This document shows, piece after piece, positions 10,012 to 21,061 of a DNA stretch of 64,000 nt (positions are counted from its first letter, which is position 1; the number at the start of each line of letters is the position of its first letter). Both the position numbers and the translations under genes were made by a program. A model generated the notes under the pieces. The model worked only from the letters and a program-made list of their open reading frames with translations, was not told the origin of the DNA and did no database searches. The stretch lies in NCBI GenBank assembly GCA_023388515.1, contig JAEWGD010000005.1, positions 26,259 through 90,258 of the forward strand, given 5' to 3'. This DNA is from Bacillota bacterium (GTDB lineage: Bacteria > Bacillota > Clostridia > Oscillospirales > Ruminococcaceae).

Positions 10012-10354
10012 ATGCCCACTCCTAACAATTATAATATTACTTTATATTATGAATAATTGATAGAAATGGTTACAAATTTTATTAAATATAATATAACTTA
10101 ATTAAAAAAAAGTAGTGAAATTTAATTATTTCTTATATGAATAATTTATTGAATCAAAATGTAATAATGTAAATAATTGTAGATATGCACAAAATCTTTA
10201 AACATAAAACAATAATTTTCATCTATTTCATAGAAAATTAATAATAAGTACAAAATTATATGGTATAATAACTTTAACAAAGAGTATAATCAAAATATAG
10301 ACGAAATGGAGTTTGGTTATTTATGAAATTTAGTTACTGAGAGGTTGTGATACT

Positions 10355-10552
10355 ATGGATATTAGAATAATGAGTACAGAAATGGGTAAGAGAGTGAATA
10401 TCCATATTTATGAGGAGATAAAAGTCGGGCTATTTGGTAAAGCAGCTCTTGCAAAGGCTTCCAAACGTGCATCTATTGTACGTTGTGATGGCAAACTTTA
10501 CTCAGTTCCTTATGAAATTTATATGAAAGCGGAGGAATTAGAATGCGATTAA
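10355..10552 (+). CDS. hypothetical small protein (65 aa)
   Basis: RBS gagagg upstream of the ATG. It is divergent from gene 9094-10011 across a very AT-rich 340-bp spacer that contains the direct repeat tatgaataatt twice. Confidence 0.4.
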   Translation: MDIRIMSTEMGKRVNIHIYEEIKVGLFGKAALAKASKRASIVRCDGKLYSVPYEIYMKAEELECD

Positions 10553-10575
10553 CAAAAATGGATTATGAACAAATA

Positions 10576-10603
10576 TAAAGGCTACTGATTAATCAGTAGC
10601 CTT
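10576..10603. terminator. perfect hairpin aaaggctactga-ttaa-tcagtagccttt
   Basis: 12-bp stem between the convergent gene 10355-10552 (+) and serA (-). The sequence is related to the hairpin at 9040-9069. Confidence 0.35.
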
Positions 10604-10681
10604 TAATTCGGAAATTTTTGTTTGATTTTATTCATAAGGTATAGTAAAATATGAGCGAAACCTCATCTTATCGGCGAAAAC

Positions 10682-11845
10682 CTAGATAACTCTAACCTTA
10701 ATAACCCCATCAATATTGTTAATGCTTGAAACAACATCAGCAGTAACGTTGCCACTACAAGCGTCAATCATTGTGTAAGCATAATCCTTTTTACTTTTAT
10801 TAAGCATATTCTCGATGTTCAAGCCAAACCCAGCAAGAGAAGCTGTAATCTGTGAAATAATTGATGGGATATTCTTGTGTATGATACAGATTTTTGTACC
10901 AACAGCAACCATTTCAGCATCAGGTAAATTAACGCTATTCTTGATATTACCGTTTTCGATATAATCAATAAGCTGATTTGTAGCCATAACAGCACAATTA
11001 TCTTCACTTTCAGGAGTTGACGCACCTAAATGAGGGATAGCAACAACGCCCTTAACACCAATAACTTCAGCATTAGGGAAGTCCGTAACATAGCATGAAA
11101 CCTTACCGTTATCAAGTGCAGAAATAATATCAGCATCATTAACAAGTTCGCCTCTTGCAAAGTTTAGTATCTTTACATTGTCTTTCATTTTGCTAATAAG
11201 TTCAGCATTAACAAAGACCTTTGTATCAGCATTAAAAGGAACGTGTAATGAGATATAATCAGCCTCGCTGTAAACTTCATCAGCATTTTTAACACATTTA
11301 ACCTTTGGTGAAAGCTTTAGAGCAGAGTTAACTGATAGGAATGGGTCGCAACCAATTACATTCATTCCCAAATGCAACGCAACATTCGCAACCAAAACAC
11401 CAATAGCACCTAAGCCAATAATACCAAGAGTTTTACCCATAATTTCAGGGCCAGCAAATTGTGACTTACCTTTTTCAACAAGCTTTCCAACACCGTCGCC
11501 CTTATCCTTCAATGATGGAACCCAAGCCATAGCATCAGAAACATTTCTTGAAGAAAGAAGCAGACCAGCAATAACAAGTTCCTTAACAGCGTTAGCGTTA
11601 GCTCCTGGAGTGTTGAAAACGCAGATACCCAACTTAGCACATTCCTCAACAGGAATATTATTCACGCCAGCACCAGCCCTTGCAATTGCAAGTAGATTTG
11701 AACCAAAATCCATATCGTGCATACTAGCTGAACGAACCATAATCGCCTCAGGATTTTCAACTGTATTTGAAACATTGTATAAGCTTTTATCGAAAATATC
11801 AGTACCGATATTAGAGATTTCGTTAAGTGTTTGAATATTGAACAT
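10682..11845 (-). CDS. serA: D-3-phosphoglycerate dehydrogenase
   Basis: 387 aa. 2-hydroxyacid dehydrogenase NAD-binding GLGAIG region, C-terminal ACT-like tail, adjacent to serC. Confidence 0.85.
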   Translation of the reverse strand: MFNIQTLNEISNIGTDIFDKSLYNVSNTVENPEAIMVRSASMHDMDFGSNLLAIARAGAGVNNIPVEECAKLGICVFNTPGANANAVKELVIAGLLLSSRNVSDAMAWVPSLKDKGDGVGKLVEKGKSQFAGPEIMGKTLGIIGLGAIGVLVANVALHLGMNVIGCDPFLSVNSALKLSPKVKCVKNADEVYSEADYISLHVPFNADTKVFVNAELISKMKDNVKILNFARGELVNDADIISALDNGKVSCYVTDFPNAEVIGVKGVVAIPHLGASTPESEDNCAVMATNQLIDYIENGNIKNSVNLPDAEMVAVGTKICIIHKNIPSIISQITASLAGFGLNIENMLNKSKKDYAYTMIDACSGNVTADVVSSINNIDGVIKVRVI

Positions 11846-11875
11846 AATAGCAACTCCTTAAATGGTTAATAATGA

Positions 11876-12958
11876 CTAAGCGTTTGCAATCTCGAATTCC
11901 TTCATAAATTCAACAAGCTTTTCTACACCCTTAATTGGCATAGCATTGTAAATAGATGCTCTCATTCCACCAACTGAACGGTGTCCTTTTAGGTTTATAA
12001 AGCCTTGCTTTTTAGCTTCTGTAACAAACTTTGCATCAAGTTCATCACTGCCAGTTACAAAAGGTACATTCATAAGTGAACGGTCCTTGCCCTCAACAGT
12101 AGCACTGAACATCTTAGAGCTATCAAGGAAGTCATAAAGTATAGCAGCCTTAGTTTCGTTATGAGCCTTCATAGCAACTAATCCACCGTTTGACTTAATC
12201 CAATCCAAAACAAGTTTTAGAATATAAATTCCATATGTTGGAGGAGTGTTAAACATAGAACCATTGTCCGAATGTGTTTTATAGTTGAACATTGTAGGGG
12301 TAAAGTCCTTAGCATTTCCGATTAAATCCTCACGAATAATAACAACAGTCAACCCAGCAGGACCCATGTTTTTCTGTGCTCCAGCGTAAATAACGCCATA
12401 CTTTGAAACATCAACAGGCTCTGAAAGAATACATGATGACATATCAGAAACAAGAGGTACATTACCAGTGTCAGGTAGCTCAGTAAAACGTGTACCATAT
12501 ATAGTGTTATTCTGGCATATATGGAAATAATCTGCGTCAGCTGTGAAAGTTGATTTATCCAGTGTTGGAATATATGAAAAGGTTTTATCATCTGATGATG
12601 CAACAGCCTTACACTCACCATAACGCTTAGCCTCGCTATAAGCTTTTTTAGCCCATTGACCAGTTAGAACGAAATCAGCCTTGCCCGATTTATTCATAAG
12701 GTTAAGTGGAATCATAGCGAACTGTGACGACGCACCACCCTGTAAAAATAGAACCTTATAGTTATCAGGAATTGACATAGTTTCTCTTAAAAGTGCCTCA
12801 CACTCATCAAAAATAGCTTGATATTCTTTAGAACGGTGCGACATTTCCATAACAGACTGACCACTTGTTCCATACTCAAGCATTTCGTCAGCGGCAATTT
12901 TTAAAACGTCCTCAGGAAGAATTGCAGGACCAGCACTAAAATTGTATAATCTACTCAT
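11876..12958 (-). CDS. serC: phosphoserine aminotransferase
   Basis: N-terminal YNFSAGPAILPEDVL signature and PLP-aminotransferase class V fold. Confidence 0.9.
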   Translation of the reverse strand: MSRLYNFSAGPAILPEDVLKIAADEMLEYGTSGQSVMEMSHRSKEYQAIFDECEALLRETMSIPDNYKVLFLQGGASSQFAMIPLNLMNKSGKADFVLTGQWAKKAYSEAKRYGECKAVASSDDKTFSYIPTLDKSTFTADADYFHICQNNTIYGTRFTELPDTGNVPLVSDMSSCILSEPVDVSKYGVIYAGAQKNMGPAGLTVVIIREDLIGNAKDFTPTMFNYKTHSDNGSMFNTPPTYGIYILKLVLDWIKSNGGLVAMKAHNETKAAILYDFLDSSKMFSATVEGKDRSLMNVPFVTGSDELDAKFVTEAKKQGFINLKGHRSVGGMRASIYNAMPIKGVEKLVEFMKEFEIANA

Positions 12959-13094
12959 AACGTTAACCCTCCATAAATGTTTTATATACCTTATATTATA
13001 TTACTATTTTTCCTTGAAGTCAATAAAAATTGATATACTTTTCACAATTTAGCAAAGAAAATTTAATCTTATGACATAATAAGTCAAAACCCCA

Positions 13095-13135
13095 CCCCTA
13101 AAGTCTATTTACGGGTAGGGTTTTTAATTTAGTTA
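13095..13135 (-). terminator. terminator hairpin downstream of the LRR-dockerin gene
   Basis: Stem aaaccccaccc/gggtagggttt with one mismatch and a 15-nt loop. It is followed on the minus strand by a U-rich stretch. Confidence 0.45.
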
Positions 13136-13155
13136 TAAAATTTTAGTACATTATA

Positions 13156-14529
13156 TTACTTTAAAATATTTCTTTTCAGCAACACCAAATCAAAAATATC
13201 AAGTTTCCCATCACCGTTAATATCAGCAGCTTTTGCTTGGTTAGGGGATAAGGCTTTTTTGCCGTATATAGCTTGCTTTAGAAAAACAACGTCAGAAGAA
13301 TCTATAACGCCATCTCCACTTAGGTCGCCAGTTTCAAACTCTCCATCTAGGGCTATAAAAGTTATTTTGTAACTATTGGCGTAAGTTTCAGCAGTTGAAC
13401 CTTTATAACCGTAGATTGTTTTCAAGTAGCTACCACTAAACGCATAATTTCCAATACTAGTAACAGGGTCAAAAATTGTGATTGATGTTAAGTTTGTACA
13501 GCCGTAAAACGCTGAACTTCCAATACTAGGAGCAGGGTCAGGGATTGTGATTGATGTTAAGCTTATACAGTTTTGAAACGCATAATTTCCAATACTAGTA
13601 ACAGCGTCAGGAATTGTGATTGAGGTTAAACTTGAACAGCCGTAAAACACGGAACTTCCAATGTTAGTAACAAAGTCAGGAATTGTGATTGATGTTAATC
13701 TTGTACAGCCGTAAAACACCCCTCCCTCAATGATAGTAATAGAGTCTGGGATTGTGATTGATGTTAATCTTGTACAGCCAGAAAACGCATATTCTCCAAT
13801 ACTTACAACGGAATCAGGAATATTAACTGAGATTAAATTTGTACAGCCCGCAAACGCTGAACTTCCAATACTTACAGCAGAATCAGAGATTGTGATTGAT
13901 GTTAAGCTTGAACAGCCGTAAAACGCTGAACTTCCAATGTTAGTAACAGAGTCAGGGATTGCGATTGATGTTAATCTTGTACATTTCCAAAATGCATAAT
14001 TTCCAATGCTAGTAACAGAGTCAGGAATTGTGATTGATGTTAAGCTTATACAATCAGAAAAAGCATAACTTCCAATACTAGTAACCGAATTAGGGATTGT
14101 GATTGATGTTAATCTTGTACAGCCTTGAAACGCAGATCCCCCAATGCTAATAACGGAGTCAGGAATTGTGATTGATGTTAATCTTTCACAGCTCTTAAAT
14201 GCATAATTTCCAATACTAGTAACTGAGTTAGGAATCGTTATTGATGTTAAGCTTTTACAGAGATAAAACGATTCAATCCCAATGCTAGTAACAGGCAATC
14301 CCTCTATTTCATTAGGAATTACAACTGAAACAGCATTTGTAGAGCAGTCAGTTATAGAAATTTCTCCGTCAACTATTTCATAAGTCAAGTCGCCAAGTAT
14401 TTCAGCAGACGCAGTATAAGCTGACTTCAAAGCCAATGGATTTGTAAATATTCCGTCAATTGGAGTTGCAAGGAAAAGCGTTGCAATTGCTAGAACTCCT
14501 GCAAGTATTCTTTTAATTTGTTTCTTCAT
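13156..14529 (-). CDS. secreted leucine-rich-repeat (BspA-type) protein with C-terminal type I dockerin
   Basis: Signal peptide [21 protein letters not shown]. About fifteen tandem 23-aa repeats of the form [20 protein letters not shown]. C-terminal paired Ca-binding loops [12 protein letters not shown] and [12 protein letters not shown]. Confidence 0.8.
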   Translation of the reverse strand: MKKQIKRILAGVLAIATLFLATPIDGIFTNPLALKSAYTASAEILGDLTYEIVDGEISITDCSTNAVSVVIPNEIEGLPVTSIGIESFYLCKSLTSITIPNSVTSIGNYAFKSCERLTSITIPDSVISIGGSAFQGCTRLTSITIPNSVTSIGSYAFSDCISLTSITIPDSVTSIGNYAFWKCTRLTSIAIPDSVTNIGSSAFYGCSSLTSITISDSAVSIGSSAFAGCTNLISVNIPDSVVSIGEYAFSGCTRLTSITIPDSITIIEGGVFYGCTRLTSITIPDFVTNIGSSVFYGCSSLTSITIPDAVTSIGNYAFQNCISLTSITIPDPAPSIGSSAFYGCTNLTSITIFDPVTSIGNYAFSGSYLKTIYGYKGSTAETYANSYKITFIALDGEFETGDLSGDGVIDSSDVVFLKQAIYGKKALSPNQAKAADINGDGKLDIFDLVLLKRNILK

Positions 14530-14625
14530 GATGTTAACCTCTTTTGTTTTTTATGTTTTGCTAAATAATGATAATTATAACACAATAAAATGGTAACTGC
14601 AATGATGTTTACAAAAACTTAACAA

Positions 14626-16773
14626 TTACTCCTCACTTTGCAATTCATTGCCGTCAGTGAAAACAAAGTCGATATCACCACTTGAAACAGTAGCCTTTGC
14701 ACATTTTATCCAAACCTTGTCGCCAAGCGTATATTTTTTATTAGAAAGCCCCTCTGTAATCGACATAAAACCGTCATAGGAGTAATTTCCAGATGGGAAA
14801 GAATTTATATGAACAAGCCCCTCAACCGTATTATCAAGCATAACATAAACGCCATGTTCAACAACGCTTGAAATCATGCCCTCGAAATCCTCGCCGATAT
14901 GCTTTTGCATATATTCAGCCTTATAACAGTCCTCACAATCACGTTCTACATTCATTGCTGTAACCTCTGCATGAGAGGACTTTTCGGAGGAATTAGCAGC
15001 AAAAGCAGAATATCTCTTTTCAAGCCATTTTGTGTCATACCCCATTATAGCATCACTTAAAATTCTATGAATGGAGAGGTCGGGGTAACGTCTTATAGGT
15101 GACGTAAAATGGGCATAATCAGCCAATGCAAGCCCGAAATGTCCGATAGGCTCAGGAGCATATTTAGCCTTTGCCATTGAGCGTAAAACAATAGTATTTA
15201 TCACAGGGAACATGGTACTTTCCCTTGCATTATCAAGAATTTGTGCAAGATGTGCAGGCTTAAACTTGTCCACTTGTGGATATGAAACATTTATCTTTTG
15301 CAATGTATCCTTTAGTTTAGCCATTTTTTCAAGAGTTGGCTCATCATGAATTCTGTAAACAAAAGGAAGTTCCTTTATGCGAGCAAAGTTTGCAGCAGCC
15401 TCATTCGCAAGCAACATAAACTCCTCAATTATCATCTCACTTTTGCCCCTAGTTCTTGGAACAACGCCCACGCAAATATCATTTTCATCAATCAAAAGTT
15501 TGCTTTCAACAGTTTCAATCTGTGGAGCACCACGTCTTTTTTTGCAAGCAATAAGGAGGTCAGCAAGTTCATTCATCAGCAGAAGATTATCCTTAACAGG
15601 AGCATACTTTTCAAGAATTTCTGGAGTTGCATCACCAGAAAGAATAGTGTTTATTTCAGCATAAACGCCTTTTACCTTTGAGTTGATAACAGTTTTCTTG
15701 AAAGTATAATTCGTCAATTTCCCCTCAAAATCTATTTTAATAAATGCAGAAAACGTGAGCCTGTCCTCATTAGGATGAAGTGAGCAAATGCCATTTGAAA
15801 GCTCTTTTGGGAGCATCGGAACAACCTTATTAGCATAATAAACACTTGTCCCACGATTAAGTGCCTCTTTATCCAAAGCAGAATTCCCCTTAACATAGTA
15901 GGAAACATCAGCAATATGAACGCCAAGTTCATAATGGTCGCTAAGTTTAGTTATGGAAATAGCGTCATCAAGGTCCTTTGCCTCTGCACTATCAATCGTG
16001 AAAACGCACTCATTACGCAAATCTTCTCTATTATTATATTCAAAATCCTGTATGCCAGCGTCAGAAAGCTTCTTAGCCTCTTTAAGAGCCTTAAAAGGAA
16101 ATTCAATTTCTATTCCGTTGATAGCAAGGATTGAGTTCGCACATGAAACAGCATTTTCAGCACAACCAAAAGTCATTATAACCCGAGCTTTATGGTCGGC
16201 ATGACGGCTACCCCTTGAAACTATTTCAGCAAGAACCTTGTCGCCCTCCTCAAAAGGAGCGTTATCAAAGCTAACAACCCTAATATGACTTTTCGCCATC
16301 GAGTCAGGGATTATATAGTATACTCCTGATTCCTGAATAATTGTACCCGACATCTGCGACATATTTTCTTCAAGAATTGTGACAACTTCGCCCTCAGGAG
16401 AGCCACTTCTTGATTCGATAAGTGAAATCAAAACGATATCCTGTGGCATTGCACCCATAAGAAATTTCCCAGGAATAAAAACACTTGTTTTATCGTCTAA
16501 TTTTTCAGCAAACCCAAATGTTTTATTAAGCCTTGAAATAACAGCAGGGAAGTATCCAACCTTTTCACAAGAAACAAAGCCTTTTTTACGCTCAAAAATA
16601 AGCCCCTCATCGCAAAGCTCATCAAGAGCCAGCCAGAAATTCTCACCACCCTTATTGCTTTTACATTTAGTAGCAAGGTCCTTTCGTAGCATTGGCTTTT
16701 TATTATTCAAATTTAAAAAAGTCATAATTTTATTTCTATATCCCAAAACATCATAATTTACTTCTTTCATCAT
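14626..16773 (-). CDS. rnr: ribonuclease R
   Basis: 715 aa with an RNB catalytic domain and an S1-like C-terminal region. It sits next to secG, the conserved secG-rnr arrangement. Confidence 0.85.
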   Translation of the reverse strand: MMKEVNYDVLGYRNKIMTFLNLNNKKPMLRKDLATKCKSNKGGENFWLALDELCDEGLIFERKKGFVSCEKVGYFPAVISRLNKTFGFAEKLDDKTSVFIPGKFLMGAMPQDIVLISLIESRSGSPEGEVVTILEENMSQMSGTIIQESGVYYIIPDSMAKSHIRVVSFDNAPFEEGDKVLAEIVSRGSRHADHKARVIMTFGCAENAVSCANSILAINGIEIEFPFKALKEAKKLSDAGIQDFEYNNREDLRNECVFTIDSAEAKDLDDAISITKLSDHYELGVHIADVSYYVKGNSALDKEALNRGTSVYYANKVVPMLPKELSNGICSLHPNEDRLTFSAFIKIDFEGKLTNYTFKKTVINSKVKGVYAEINTILSGDATPEILEKYAPVKDNLLLMNELADLLIACKKRRGAPQIETVESKLLIDENDICVGVVPRTRGKSEMIIEEFMLLANEAAANFARIKELPFVYRIHDEPTLEKMAKLKDTLQKINVSYPQVDKFKPAHLAQILDNARESTMFPVINTIVLRSMAKAKYAPEPIGHFGLALADYAHFTSPIRRYPDLSIHRILSDAIMGYDTKWLEKRYSAFAANSSEKSSHAEVTAMNVERDCEDCYKAEYMQKHIGEDFEGMISSVVEHGVYVMLDNTVEGLVHINSFPSGNYSYDGFMSITEGLSNKKYTLGDKVWIKCAKATVSSGDIDFVFTDGNELQSEE

Positions 16774-16863
16774 TTACCTCCAAAAATATAGCTATATAAA
16801 ATTAAAAAGGCAAGAGTTTGGAATGAATTTTCCACTCTTACCTTTCATTTTGATTAAAAAGTT

Positions 16864-17124
16864 CTACTTGTCAAGCAAGTTAGGAACTAGACTTACTGCG
16901 ATAGTAACGATAAAAAACAAGGCAGCTAGTATTTTAGTAACCTTATTAAGAGCAGCTTCCTTTGTGCGTCCTGCATTTTTACCATAGAATGAATCGTTAC
17001 TTCCACCAGTTATAGCTGAAGTCATATTTTGTTGTGTTTTTTGGTCTTGTAGTAAACAGAATACGATTAAAAGAATGCAAACAAGCAACAAAAAAGCACC
17101 CATGATTATTTCCATTGTACTCAT
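16864..17124 (-). CDS. secG: preprotein translocase subunit SecG
   Basis: Two TM segments with the motif ITGGSNDSFYGKNAGRT. Likely start at MSTMEIIMG. Confidence 0.7.
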   Translation of the reverse strand: MSTMEIIMGAFLLLVCILLIVFCLLQDQKTQQNMTSAITGGSNDSFYGKNAGRTKEAALNKVTKILAALFFIVTIAVSLVPNLLDK

Positions 17125-17269
17125 TATATAGTTTCCCCTTTCAACAGATATAATTAATCTAATACAGTATATCATAGTTGTTTTATAAAATCAAGGGTTT
17201 TTAGAAAATAATATAAATTTTTTATTAAAGATTGATGTTATTTGGCTTAATGCTATTAGCATTAGTATG

Positions 17270-17530
17270 GTTATTTTTTCACTGAATATACTTTTGCTTG
17301 TTTGATTTAGTATGATATGGTTCTTATTTTCTTTGTTGTCATTCCATCTACTTTCCGTATGGTAGAATTTAAATAGATTAAAAGAAGTTAGGGTAAACAA
17401 GAACAATACTTCGCTAAAATAAACAACCAAAACCACATTAAATGAAAACAAAGCAAACAAGAACCGACACTACATCTAGCAAGCAAAACGCATATTCAGT
17501 GACAAAAAAGCAAATAAACACCATAGTGAA
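17270..17530. repeat. dispersed repeat family, copy A (short palindromic form)
   Basis: The left arm cactgaatatacttttgcttgtttgatttagt...ttcttattttctttgttgtcatt matches the arm of the copies at 34296, 49341, 55690 and 63715. The right arm gcatattcagtgacaa is its reverse complement. The central 40-nt hairpin is missing. Confidence 0.5.
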
Positions 17531-17621
17531 AGCAAAACAATATAAAAAAACTGTGGACATTTTATTGAATTCATGCTATACTATTATCAATAATTATTAT
17601 TCACAGAAAGGAATTTAAGAC

Positions 17622-18035
17622 ATGATTCACGAAAAGTCATGTGGTGCTATTGTTTACCGTAAGTCACATGGAAACATAGAAATATTGCTAATAAAGCACG
17701 TCAATAGCGGACATTGGTCTTTCCCAAAAGGGCATATGGAAGCTAGTGAAACGGAAACGGAAACTGCTTTGCGTGAGATTAAGGAAGAAACAGATATTGA
17801 TGTTATTATTGACCCAACATTCAGAGAAACTGTTTCATATTCACCTAAAAAGGACACCCAAAAGGTCGTTGTCTACTTCTTAGCTAAAGCAAAAAACTTT
17901 GAGTACGTCGCACAAGCAGAGGAAATAGCAGAAATTCGTTGGGTTGACATCGGACACGCACTTTCGGTTCTCACTTATGAAAACGATAAAACCATTGTAA
18001 ATAAAGCTCGAACAGCTATTAGAGAAAAGGAATAA
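17622..18035 (+). CDS. NUDIX hydrolase
   Basis: Nudix box GHMEASETETETALREIKEETD (GX5EX7REUXEEXGU). Confidence 0.8.
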   Translation: MIHEKSCGAIVYRKSHGNIEILLIKHVNSGHWSFPKGHMEASETETETALREIKEETDIDVIIDPTFRETVSYSPKKDTQKVVVYFLAKAKNFEYVAQAEEIAEIRWVDIGHALSVLTYENDKTIVNKARTAIREKE

Positions 18036-18104
18036 GATAGCATATTAAAACGTGGTATCCGTAGAATTGCTTTGAAAAAAGTTAAAGACAATTGGCTAAT
18101 CACG

Positions 18105-18150
18105 AAAAAACGACTGTTACATCATCTTGGTGTAACAGTCGTTTTTTTTA
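18105..18150. terminator. bidirectional rho-independent terminator
   Basis: The stem cgactgttaca / tgtaacagtcg is flanked by an A6 run upstream and a T8 run downstream. It lies between convergent genes. Confidence 0.65.
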
Positions 18151-18165
18151 TCACTGATAGAATAA

Positions 18166-19122
18166 TTACTTATTTCCACAACATTTTTTGTATTTTCTCC
18201 CACTACCACATGGGCAAAGCTCGTTTCCACCAATCTTTTTTGATGAAATATTATGAGAAATGACGTTACTTCTCAATAAATTCATTGCATCTTCTGAAAG
18301 AACAGCTAAATCTGACATGGATTGTGCAACCTTAGCCATTTCACCATCACCGTTTTGTAAGCTGGCAGTTATATTCGGACCAAATGAGATTTTAAGTTCG
18401 TTATTTTCTCTCCCCATTTGTTTTCTTAATTCAATCGGAGAAAAACCATTATTAAATGGAGTTTTGGTATTATTGTGTAGTTCTTTATGTAACAGTATAA
18501 ACTTTCTCAGCTGACTGGTATTAAATATAATTTTTCGCCTTTGAAGATTGTCCATTACTTCTTGAATATCATAGCCACCATGCCGAACAAAAAGCTCTAC
18601 ATCTGACGCTAAATCAAATGCATCATCAGGGTGCTTTTTCAAATCCTTATGAAAAAAATTCACAATTGCATTGAAATATTTATTTTCTTCTATATAAAAA
18701 TCATCAGAATAGTTTAAAAGCTCAGTTTTAGTAGGGATAAAGTAAGGTTTCCCATGTTTTGCATCAACCATATCATAATAAAAATCACGGTCTATTATAA
18801 CAAGGCTTTCATGAACAATGGCTCTATCAAATGGTTCAGATTTCGGGCAACCTGAATATATCTCATCATCGCCAAGAATATAGTAAAAATGGGTTTCGTG
18901 ACGTGCAATTTCAGAGAATTCAATAAACTGCTCTTTTGAAACTATTTCACCGTTTTGTTTCTGAAAAATGTCATATGCTATTTTTAAAGGGATAAGCTCA
19001 TAAAAATTTGAAAAAGCATCAAAGTATTGATGAAGCAGTTTCACCGTTTCATCTGAAATTGTAAGCTTTTTATACATTCTTGTCAGTGTGCTATCAGCAA
19101 ACATTCGTGGAAAACTACTCAT
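18166..19122 (-). CDS. hypothetical protein with C-terminal SEC-C metal-binding motif
   Basis: 318 aa ending in CPCGSGRKYKKCCG, a SecA C-terminal-type zinc motif. Confidence 0.6.
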   Translation of the reverse strand: MSSFPRMFADSTLTRMYKKLTISDETVKLLHQYFDAFSNFYELIPLKIAYDIFQKQNGEIVSKEQFIEFSEIARHETHFYYILGDDEIYSGCPKSEPFDRAIVHESLVIIDRDFYYDMVDAKHGKPYFIPTKTELLNYSDDFYIEENKYFNAIVNFFHKDLKKHPDDAFDLASDVELFVRHGGYDIQEVMDNLQRRKIIFNTSQLRKFILLHKELHNNTKTPFNNGFSPIELRKQMGRENNELKISFGPNITASLQNGDGEMAKVAQSMSDLAVLSEDAMNLLRSNVISHNISSKKIGGNELCPCGSGRKYKKCCGNK

Positions 19123-19284
19123 TTCATATCCTCATTTCTAAATTCGCTAAAAAATCATGGGTTATTATGTGCATAATGATTTCTTAAAGCGTTCGTCCTC
19201 ATATAAATAAAATAATCCATATTAATTATACTGCAAAAACAGTCAACTTGCAACAACAAATTGACTGTTTAATATATTCTCTCA

Positions 19285-19662
19285 CTAAAATATATTACTA
19301 GGATAAGGCATTTCACTTTCATAAAGCCACTTTACCCTTTCCTTTAGGCTTTCAAACTCTGCACTAAGCTCATCATTTTCCTCCACAATATAGGGCTTTA
19401 TTCTTGCTACTGAAGAATGAATATCTGCTATTTTATCACTTCTTACAAAAATATTCGACTCTTTATGCAGTTTGTCCCAGTATTCGATTATTTTATCAGC
19501 CTCAGCCACAGCCTCCTCCGGTTTCCCATTCTCCACCAACTCCTGCGATTTCTCTATCATAGTCAATAGCTTATGGTATTTTCTTTGAACTGTGTAAGTG
19601 GAAAGTATGCTACCAACGGTGATAAGTATAATTATAACTAAGCTTATTTTAATTCTTGCCAA
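19285..19662 (-). CDS. membrane-anchored hypothetical protein (DUF4363-like partner of YetF)
   Basis: N-terminal TM helix. It overlaps the stop of the upstream DUF421 gene, forming an operon. Confidence 0.5.
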   Translation of the reverse strand: MARIKISLVIIILITVGSILSTYTVQRKYHKLLTMIEKSQELVENGKPEEAVAEADKIIEYWDKLHKESNIFVRSDKIADIHSSVARIKPYIVEENDELSAEFESLKERVKWLYESEMPYPSNIF

Positions 19663-20335
19663 TGCTCCTTGCCCTCTCTATCAAATTATAATTCCCCTTT
19701 TTATCGGTAGTAAGGAGAAATACATCATTCATTTTTATTTTCTTTTTTTTCAATACATTGTCAAGCCACCCTCTGTTCATTCCCGATGAATCAAGTCCCC
19801 CTTGTATCAATACCCCATCTGAAACCACAATATTAGGTGGGTTTTCTGATTCACCTTTAAAGTCCATGTCCTTATTTGTAACATTCTGGTTTTCATACTT
19901 ATGATAAATAGATATGCTACCCGTTGTTTCAACAATTGCAAATTGCACCTCTGAAACATCAAAAACATCGTTGCCTCTTAACGCTGTCATAAGGTCATCA
20001 ATGGAAAACCTCAAGTCCTTCATTACCTGTTGGTCAATCTCTCCATCTTTTATAATAATTTTAGGCGAACCAGACATAACCTTTCGTAGCTTTTTAGATT
20101 TAAGCGTTGCCCATGAAATAAGCACATCAAAGCATACCAAAGATAGAATAGGAACTGCTCCTATCAGCAAAGGCGTGTCTAAATCCTCCATTGGAAGTGT
20201 CGCAATATTTGATATTAGTATTGTTATAACCAATTCGGTCGGTTGTAACTCACCAATTTGCCTTTTTCCCATTAGCCTTACCGAAAAGACTACAAGAATA
20301 TATAAAATCAACGAACGAATAAACGTAATTATCAT
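19649..20335 (-). CDS. DUF421/YetF-family membrane protein
   Basis: N-terminal TM region followed by a YetF-like soluble domain. Confidence 0.7.
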   Translation of the reverse strand: MIITFIRSLILYILVVFSVRLMGKRQIGELQPTELVITILISNIATLPMEDLDTPLLIGAVPILSLVCFDVLISWATLKSKKLRKVMSGSPKIIIKDGEIDQQVMKDLRFSIDDLMTALRGNDVFDVSEVQFAIVETTGSISIYHKYENQNVTNKDMDFKGESENPPNIVVSDGVLIQGGLDSSGMNRGWLDNVLKKKKIKMNDVFLLTTDKKGNYNLIERARSIGKN

Positions 20336-20647
20336 AAATATCCCTCATTAATAGTTGTTCTATTGATATAGCTAGCTATTGTAATTATTAACCACTATCA
20401 CATGATTATACAATTATGAACCGGTTTTAACCCAAATCATGCAAAAATAAAAAGATGATAAGCTAATTATCATCTTTTTTCATCTTTAATTTATGACTAA
20501 TTTCGTCAGAGTCTTTTATTATACAAAGCTTTGCAACAAAATTCTGTTTTTAGCATAGTATAGGATAGGGCTTTTCTTAAACCTTTGATATTTGTAAAAG
20601 CACCCTTTCACAAAGGAATTAAAGAGCCTTATTCTACATTATTATAG

Positions 20648-21061
<414 letters not shown>

